From Opitutales bacterium (lineage in GTDB: Bacteria > Verrucomicrobiota > Verrucomicrobiia > Opitutales > JABSRG01), in NCBI GenBank assembly GCA_049599475.1, contig JBMYOQ010000012.1, positions 24,089-88,088 of the forward strand: a stretch of DNA of 64,000 nt, written 5' to 3'. The notes beneath the pieces were generated by a model. That model made no database searches. It saw only the letters and a list, made by a program, of their open reading frames with translations, and was not told the DNA's origin. Shown piece after piece: positions 57,766 through 64,000 of this stretch. Numbering within the stretch: the stretch's first letter is position 1; each line of letters opens with the position of its first letter. The position numbers were made by a program, and so were the translations under genes.

Positions 57766-58529
57766 GCGAGCATCGCTTCAACGCCCTGACTATCCAGACT
57801 CCGGAAGGGGTCACCTTTGAATATTTGTTAGGAAGCCCCGTTGCACGCTGTCTTGCCCTCGCGATAGACTATGCCGCTATCTGGGTCTTCTTCGGGATTG
57901 TATCAGTTTTGGTAGGTCTACTGGGGTGGGTGTCTGCAGATATCGCAACCGCCGTATATACCATCGCCTACTTTGTCGTATCGATCGGATACTTCCTCTT
58001 CTTAGAGTTTACATGGAAAGGGCAAACCATAGGGAAAAAAGTGATGCGTCTCAAAGTAATGGATGCACATGGGTATCGCTTGCGCATCGATCAAGTTGTC
58101 ATGAGAAACTTGATGCGCTTCGTCGATAGTCTGCCGGTATTTTATTGCGTAGGCGGTGTAGTATCAATGATGAACAGGCGATCGCAGCGCCTCGGTGATA
58201 TTATATCAGGTACTGTAGTCGTACGTATTCCCGAGACTGAGATTCCCAAAATGTCGGAGCTCTCGAATGTGAAGTATAACTCCTTCCACGAGCACCCAAG
58301 GCTGGAAGCCCTATTACGGGAGCGCGTATCTCCCGAACAGGCAAAGATCGCCCTACAAGCCCTCCAACGCAGAGATATTCTCGACCCGAAAGCCCGCATC
58401 GAATTGTTCGCAGACCTCGCAAACTACTTCAAAGAAGCCGTCACCTTCCCCGGCGACGTAGCAGATATTCTATCAGACGAACAATATGTAAGAAACTGCG
58501 TGGACTCCATCTACCGCGCCGCAAAATAG
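57762..58529 (+). CDS. RDD family membrane protein
   Basis: TPEGV, R.LA..ID, GQTIGK, RNLMRFVD, QRLGD..SGTVVV. Confidence 0.9.
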   Translation: MSEHRFNALTIQTPEGVTFEYLLGSPVARCLALAIDYAAIWVFFGIVSVLVGLLGWVSADIATAVYTIAYFVVSIGYFLFLEFTWKGQTIGKKVMRLKVMDAHGYRLRIDQVVMRNLMRFVDSLPVFYCVGGVVSMMNRRSQRLGDIISGTVVVRIPETEIPKMSELSNVKYNSFHEHPRLEALLRERVSPEQAKIALQALQRRDILDPKARIELFADLANYFKEAVTFPGDVADILSDEQYVRNCVDSIYRAAK

Positions 58530-58629
58530 GCCTCCAAGCGCACAAACGGACCACCAAAGCACCCGTGCCTCAGGTCACTCCGAAAAGCCCAATTTTTAGA
58601 TGCTCCCGTATTATAATCGTTAGCTTTCT

Positions 58630-58906
58630 GGGAGGGACGCTGTCCTCCACGGAGGCTTGCCGGAGATGGCGAAGCAATGGCTCTGCGATTAGAGAAGAAA
58701 TGGGGTAGCAACCGATCTCCGAGCGGTTGAAGACAGCAATTTCGCCCAGCTGATACGCCGCATTCGGCCGCTCGGAGATCGACCGCTACCGATGACATCA
58801 TCCTAAACGCAGCGCCCTTGTGTCGCCATCTCCGGCAAGCCTACGTCCGCTGTCCCCAGCGTCCGCAGAGCCAATTACAGCGGACATTGAGGACAAGGTC
58901 CCTTCC
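58630..58906. repeat. Three nested inverted-repeat pairs (REP-like family A interrupted by an insertion)
   Basis: Outer 58630-58647/58889-58906 (15/18), middle 58649-58672/58823-58846 (23/24), inner 58704-58731/58763-58790 (23/28). Confidence 0.85.
58648..58847. mobile_element. Putative 200-bp MITE with 24-bp terminal inverted repeats and a 10-bp target duplication
   Basis: IR ACG(G/T)AGGCTTGCCGGAGATGGCGA; flanked by CGCTGTCCTC (58638-58647) and CGCTGTCCCC (58848-58857); empty-site-like allele at 1-16. Confidence 0.65.
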
Positions 58907-58979
58907 GAGTTTGCGAAATTACGTTAGAGAAACGTTATCAGCATATCAGCGGTCGACTGTCATGGTTGCTAGGAGGTCC

Positions 58980-59114
58980 TGATAAAGTCTGAACGCCTTA
59001 AATTCGCATATTCGGGTAGGGCTGCATCTCCGAGGCAGTCACTGTGAGTCTTAGAAGTCCTTTGATCAACGCGGCTGTCTCGGAGTGTATAGCCCTACTG
59101 ATTTCTGTCGCTCT
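58980..59114. repeat. Family B palindromic repeat, second full copy (GTAG-ended)
   Basis: GTAGGGCTGCATCTCCGAGGCAG (59016-59038) and CTGTCTCGGAGTGTATAGCCCTAC (59075-59098); flanks similar to 4495-4628. Confidence 0.85.
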
Positions 59115-59170
59115 TTAGTCTTCGCGCTGAGTCTAGTTTCGATGACTCACGGGTTTTCGACCTAATGGTA

Positions 59171-59523
59171 CCCAAGCCCATCCTCCACTCTGTATCCAAT
59201 TCCGCTCACTCAGCGCATTCACCACGCCAAACTCAAAGACTGCTCCTCCATCCACCCCACCATCCTACAGCAAATAAATCTGCGTCCATCCCAACAATCT
59301 GCGGACCCTATCACCAGCACCCACCAAACGAACTCATCCGTGTAATCTGCGAAATCTGCGGTCAAAAATCCATCCCCCAAGCCCACTCACTAATCTGTAT
59401 CCAATTTCGCTCACCCAGCGTATTCACCACGCCATGCCCACGACTGATCCTCTATTCACCCCATCATCCCACAACAAATAAATCTGCGTCCATCCCAATA
59501 ATCTGCGGACCCTATCTCCAGCA
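59171..59523. repeat. Two ~150-bp diverged direct repeats (period ~205 bp) containing ATCTGCG units
   Basis: 59171-59319 versus ~59376-59523, sharing e.g. CAAATAAATCTGCGTCCATCCCAA.AATCTGCGGACCCTATC.CCAGCA; strongly C/A-skewed. Confidence 0.85.
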
Positions 59524-59986
59524 TCCTTCCAGCCCGCGCATACACACAACCCAAATCCCCAGTTCAGAATCAACTCGGAACCTAAACGAAATAGCACCCA
59601 AGTCACCGCTCAGTATTTCCCAAAAATGAGAGAAAGTTATTATCTTTGGAATGTCGAATTATGGTAATTTTTTTGAAAACGTTTCACCATGCGGGTTTGT
59701 TGTGTATTAGAAATCTTATCATATAAATTAGATGTTTTATCATGTTGCATAAGGGGATCTTTGTAGATTCCGAATATAGGAACCGCATTGGGGTGTTTTT
59801 GAGAAAATATGAGAAATATATCTTTCAACTGTCGCGTTTTATGAAAATATTTTAGAGTCCTAATAAGCTAATTATTAGGTGTTTATTAAATCCAAAGGTA
59901 ACTTTGAATCTAGGTTTTTGAACTTTTCCTTTACAAATCTTGAATACGGCACAAATCATAAGAGATCTCTTGAATTTGTTAGTAAT

Positions 59987-60175
59987 ATGAAATCTCTGCT
60001 TTCTCTTTGTGCGTTTGTATTTCTGCTGTCGTCTTTGACGCTTTCGGCAAGTGAGCCTTCTAAAGGAACACTTATAATGTTAGGCTCAGTGAGTCTTTGG
60101 ATGATTGTTTCCTCCACATTCTTATGTTCTCGATTGCGTTTGAAGAAACCGATTGCACAAACGAAATCAAAATAA
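59987..60175 (+). CDS. Small protein: signal peptide directly followed by a PEP-CTERM-like segment
   Basis: MKSLLSLCAFVFLLSSLTLSA, then SEPS, a hydrophobic stretch and RLRLKK. Confidence 0.45.
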   Translation: MKSLLSLCAFVFLLSSLTLSASEPSKGTLIMLGSVSLWMIVSSTFLCSRLRLKKPIAQTKSK

Positions 60176-60194
60176 TCTTCCTAGGGTAATTCCC

Positions 60195-63100
60195 ATGATG
60201 TTGTCCAATTCCAGGCAGGGGGGATTTCCTGCATTGATACACGTGTGTGTTTTCTTTTTAGCTATTTTTAGCGGATATCTATTGGCTGCTGAAATTCCTT
60301 ATGAGAACGATTTCGAGATCACGGACGGCGTAGTGGAGGGTGGCGTCTCGGAAATACCCGATCTTGCCTTATCTGGATCTGTTTCCACATCGGTTTCGTT
60401 TGATGCGGCATCTGGCCTGCAGTCGCTTCAGCTCGACTACTCTGGTTCAATCAGTCTAGATCTATCGTCCGGAATGCTGCCTCCGATGGTCGGATGGTAC
60501 GACTTTTATGTGAAACCGGTGGTCGTCGCGGAGGAAGAATTGCCGGACTCGATTGCCCCATATCAAGCCAGTGTTACAGGATTTGTTGATCTAAGCGGCC
60601 AAGGATGGATTTTTGTAATTGATGGTGATGGTATGGGAAGCGGCCAGTGGTTGCCTGTAGGAGCAGGTTTTACCTTGAGCGGACGTATTGCAGATTCTTG
60701 GATGCGCCTGACGTATCGACTCGATTATATCGGCAAGATGTGGGACCTCTATGTTGACGGGGAGTTTGTCGCGACTGACCTTGGCTTTCTCGATGATACC
60801 GTTGACTCTCTTAATCATTTTAAGGTTTCGTCGGATGAGACGGATTCAACGCGAATTGACTTTCTTTATGCAGGCATTGCAAATCCGCTATTCGAAGACA
60901 CGTCAAATGACGGGTTGCCTGATACCTGGCTAAGCGATCAAGGCTTGAATGTATTCGAAAACCAGCGACGTGATGACAGTGATTTTGACGGGTTATCTGC
61001 ATTGGACGAATTTAAATTACAGACACGTGCAGACCAGGCGGATAGCGATTCAGACGGTATACCCGATGGTCCGGAGGTATTCGCTGGAGATGACCCCACA
61101 TCTTCAGACGATTATCTTTTAGAGCCTCTCCCATTTTTCGCGGATTTTGAGATGTTTTCTCCTGGAGGTTTCCTGAGCCAGGGGAGTTGGGTGGTTTCTG
61201 GAAATGCCGCGATTCAAGCTGATGAGCTTTACGCTGGCAGCTACTCACTCGAACTAAGCGAAGGCGCTCAGGTATCTTTGTATTTAGATGGCAACACGTC
61301 ACCTGTGATGTGGTCTGATTTTTATGCGATTCCGACTGTTCATGAGTCTCTCGACTCATCTATCGCCGCGCAGCCAACTGATGTCATTTTTCTGGAAAAT
61401 GGAGAAATATGGGCGATTAGTGGATTCAATCTAGATTGGAATCAGTTAGAGATTGCCCAGGCTGATACCTGGCGCCGAATTACACGACGAATTGATTACG
61501 TGTCTCGATCCTATGATATTTACGTTGATGGGGAACGTCTGGCAGAGGGACTAGAGTTTTCGGGGGCAGAGCCGTTCTTGTATCAGCTTGTCTTGGACTC
61601 CGGCCGCTGGACCCACATAGACAACATTACCGTATCACCTCAGGAGCCGGTAGCTCTGGATAATGATCGCGACGGATGGGAAAACGAGCGAGAGTTGTTG
61701 GTCGAGAGCACCGATCCCGAAAAATTTGATACGGATGAGGATGGTATGGCGGACTCGCTAGAGCCACTTTGGGGCTTGGATCCTTTAAGTGGAGATTCCT
61801 TCCTGGCAAAACTCGAGGAATCCTTTCCCTCAACCGAAGTTTTCGAGTGGAAAACTTCATTTGGAGTTGCTGAGGGTTATTTTGATGGTGCTGTTGATGC
61901 GCAGGAGAATTGGACAGCGTATGGCGATGCCGCTATCGACAGCGAAGTACTCATATTGACTGAATCGGAGACGCTCGATGCCTCTGTAGAGCGATTGCTG
62001 GGTGTGGGTGCGAATCGAAAACTATGGCTGAGCTTCCGGGCGAAACTATCTACAGGCGTATTGCCAGACTTAACAGATAGCGCGGAGACCGCTGTCGCGG
62101 TATGGGGCGCGACGGGCGTTAATCAGATAGCGATCTGGAATGACACGACTCAAACGTGGCAAAGTTTTTCGACTCCGAATCCGACAGTCGAATGGAATTC
62201 TTACGAAGTTTACCTGGATTATATCGAGCAGAAATGGCTCCTAGCGCAAAACGGGATTCTCATAGCGGAAGGTTTACCTTTTGTAGATCCAGATCTTGTG
62301 GCCCTTTCTAGATTTAAGGTGCTTTTGCAGCAGGCAGATGAGCCGATTGTGGGAGATCCCAAGAGAGTTTCATTTGATGATGTCTTAGTATCGACGATGG
62401 TGCCGGCCCACCTCGATTACGATGGTGACGGCCTTCTTAATACGCAGGAAATCGATGTGGGAAGTGATATCCTTAGATCGGATTCCGATGGAGATGGAAT
62501 GCTCGATTTGTGGGAATATACCCATGGTCTAGACCTTTTGAGCGACGATTCAGAGCTGGACCTGGACAATGATGGCATCGTCAATCTTGTAGAGTTTGAA
62601 TCGGGATCCCTCCCATTATCTTCTGATAGCGATGGGGATGGATTCACTGATCTCGAAGAGGCCATAGCCGGAACAAGCGGGACGGATAGCAATGAATATC
62701 CTGATAGCAAATCGCTACCAGATAGTTGGAGGGTGGCTAAAATAGGGAAGGTCGATTGGGCCCTAGGGCTTCAACATAATAATTTATGGAGAATAGCATC
62801 GGAGGGTAAGGATGGAGATGATTGCGGATTCTTCTATCGAGAATTTGAAAATGGTTACTCTGTAACTTTCCGAATACACGATATTGCATTAGATGCAAAG
62901 AGTGCGCGAGTAGGTGTTATGATTCGAGATAGGCTTGGAAACGGTAGTCCGTTGTTAGCAGGCTATACCCTCTCGGATGGTAGTAAGACGCGAGTCGAAG
63001 AGCGGGAGCAGGATGGTGTAAGCCTCTTTAATGGGAAGTTGAGTAGTGGTAACTATCCGACTCCAGATCTCTATTTTCGCCTTTCTCACACATCTGAAAA

Positions 63101-63965
63101 TAGCAAAGTGGAAGTGTCACCAGATGGAACCGTTTGGAGAAATATCACGGAGTCCTATATCGAAAGACCTATAAATACTTTTGCCGGGGTGTATGTGACC
63201 TCTGGTAAAGTTGGTAGCTTAGAACTGAATAAGGCATCGATCGAACTTATCGACGTTAAGTTGGATTCGGATTTCGATGGTTTGTGGGACTTTGAGGAAA
63301 TCAATTTAGGTACGGATCCTTACAAATCAGATACCGATGATGATGGTATCACCGATTTTGCTGAGGTAAATTCATTGAATACAGATCCTCTCATTGCAGA
63401 TAATCATAGTTGGGATGGTTCGATGGCTATCGATATTTTGTCGGCAGATGAATTGCTGGGTAATTGGTCGAAGAATTCACTGGGTGAGTTGTCCTGCAAT
63501 GATATTGCGGGTAAAGTTGGTCTTAGCCTTGGGATTCCTGAATCTGGAATCTATCAGCTCGAAATCCCTGTAAGGTATGCGTATATCAACCCCGACAACT
63601 CTGCGCGTCCATTAGTGATACATCATTATATTGATGGCGAGTTCTTGGAGACGAGCGACTATCTCTCGGATGACGAAGAGGATGTTGAGGTGCTAAAGAT
63701 ATCTTTGCCGTATCTAAAAAGTGGGCAGCATACATACACCTTACATTGGGAGAATGTATATGAAATGAGAACTATCTCATTGGGCGATATTGTTCTCAGT
63801 CGTCTAGATGGTCTTTCGGATAACGAGCAGGAAACATGGCGCGAGAATTATATATCGAGAACCGAATCGATTGAATCGAGCACAATTGAAAGCCGAGTGA
63901 GCCCCGCTTTCATCGAAGGTAAGACAAAATTTCTAAGTATGATGTCTCTGTCGGTTTGCGGTTAA
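60195..63965 (+). CDS. Large secreted acidic surface protein with DxDxDG (thrombospondin type 3-like) repeats and ConA/LamG-like modules; probably truncated at the 3' end
   Basis: N-terminal signal-like stretch, many DSDGDG.DxxE repeats, three W.R....DY....W/Y.....G modules; the last codons overlap the IS-like end. Confidence 0.75.
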   Translation: MMLSNSRQGGFPALIHVCVFFLAIFSGYLLAAEIPYENDFEITDGVVEGGVSEIPDLALSGSVSTSVSFDAASGLQSLQLDYSGSISLDLSSGMLPPMVGWYDFYVKPVVVAEEELPDSIAPYQASVTGFVDLSGQGWIFVIDGDGMGSGQWLPVGAGFTLSGRIADSWMRLTYRLDYIGKMWDLYVDGEFVATDLGFLDDTVDSLNHFKVSSDETDSTRIDFLYAGIANPLFEDTSNDGLPDTWLSDQGLNVFENQRRDDSDFDGLSALDEFKLQTRADQADSDSDGIPDGPEVFAGDDPTSSDDYLLEPLPFFADFEMFSPGGFLSQGSWVVSGNAAIQADELYAGSYSLELSEGAQVSLYLDGNTSPVMWSDFYAIPTVHESLDSSIAAQPTDVIFLENGEIWAISGFNLDWNQLEIAQADTWRRITRRIDYVSRSYDIYVDGERLAEGLEFSGAEPFLYQLVLDSGRWTHIDNITVSPQEPVALDNDRDGWENERELLVESTDPEKFDTDEDGMADSLEPLWGLDPLSGDSFLAKLEESFPSTEVFEWKTSFGVAEGYFDGAVDAQENWTAYGDAAIDSEVLILTESETLDASVERLLGVGANRKLWLSFRAKLSTGVLPDLTDSAETAVAVWGATGVNQIAIWNDTTQTWQSFSTPNPTVEWNSYEVYLDYIEQKWLLAQNGILIAEGLPFVDPDLVALSRFKVLLQQADEPIVGDPKRVSFDDVLVSTMVPAHLDYDGDGLLNTQEIDVGSDILRSDSDGDGMLDLWEYTHGLDLLSDDSELDLDNDGIVNLVEFESGSLPLSSDSDGDGFTDLEEAIAGTSGTDSNEYPDSKSLPDSWRVAKIGKVDWALGLQHNNLWRIASEGKDGDDCGFFYREFENGYSVTFRIHDIALDAKSARVGVMIRDRLGNGSPLLAGYTLSDGSKTRVEEREQDGVSLFNGKLSSGNYPTPDLYFRLSHTSENSKVEVSPDGTVWRNITESYIERPINTFAGVYVTSGKVGSLELNKASIELIDVKLDSDFDGLWDFEEINLGTDPYKSDTDDDGITDFAEVNSLNTDPLIADNHSWDGSMAIDILSADELLGNWSKNSLGELSCNDIAGKVGLSLGIPESGIYQLEIPVRYAYINPDNSARPLVIHHYIDGEFLETSDYLSDDEEDVEVLKISLPYLKSGQHTYTLHWENVYEMRTISLGDIVLSRLDGLSDNEQETWRENYISRTESIESSTIESRVSPAFIEGKTKFLSMMSLSVCG

Positions 63966-64000
63966 AATGCACCAGTAATTTGCGGGTGAAAGTGCACCAT
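63949..64000. mobile_element. Probable IS21-family terminal sequence
   Basis: TGT start, then two tandem motifs TTTGCGGTTAAAATGCACCA (63955-63974) and TTTGCGGGTGAAAGTGCACCA (63979-63999); no transposase inside the window. Confidence 0.6.

Noticed and set aside
59165..59629. 154-aa His/Pro-rich ORF
   Set aside because: Derives from the C/A-skewed direct repeats; no protein-like features
59947..59962. Second sigma54 promoter (CGGCAC...) before the small ORF
   Set aside because: Lacks the -12 GC at the required spacing
1..64000. tRNA/rRNA genes and the many short ORFs overlapping assigned genes
   Set aside because: No tRNA cloverleaf or rRNA-like sequence seen in intergenic space; the short ORFs overlap well-supported CDSs in other frames

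Overview
Bacterial chromosomal window read in the standard genetic code (TGA ends aspC, uvrB and gpsA). Gene content and style suggest a Verrucomicrobiota/Opitutales-like diderm; this is inference, as no marker gene is present. Left part: a tandem ribbon-helix-helix protein with a histone-H1/AT-hook-like tail, then aspC, dps, FKBP, rnr, CBS-type ppaC, an L,D-transpeptidase and asd. Next is a ~12-kb DNA-repair neighbourhood: uvrB, SDR, MYG1, three different photolyase-family genes plus DUF2071, and a convergent Lhr helicase/PdeM nuclease pair. The photolyase-Lhr block is bracketed by two related 79-bp palindromes. Middle: gluconolactonase, gpsA, an SPT-like alpha-oxoamine synthase with a GT2, an amidase/nucleotidyltransferase/5-oxoprolinase run, a sigma54-preceded exopolysaccharide export locus whose ligase/polymerase has a long Ser/Arg-rich N-terminus, and ydbH-ynbE-ydbL. 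Right part: an 11-gene GYF_2/zinc-finger/DUF4129/DUF4350/MoxR/DUF58/SpoIIM/RDD membrane cluster (one gene broken by an in-frame TGA), a repeat hotspot with a MITE-like element nested in a REP-like palindrome, and a large Ca-binding-repeat surface protein apparently cut by an IS21-like end at the window edge. No rRNA, tRNA or CRISPR array was seen. Family assignments come from motif recognition by eye, not database searches.
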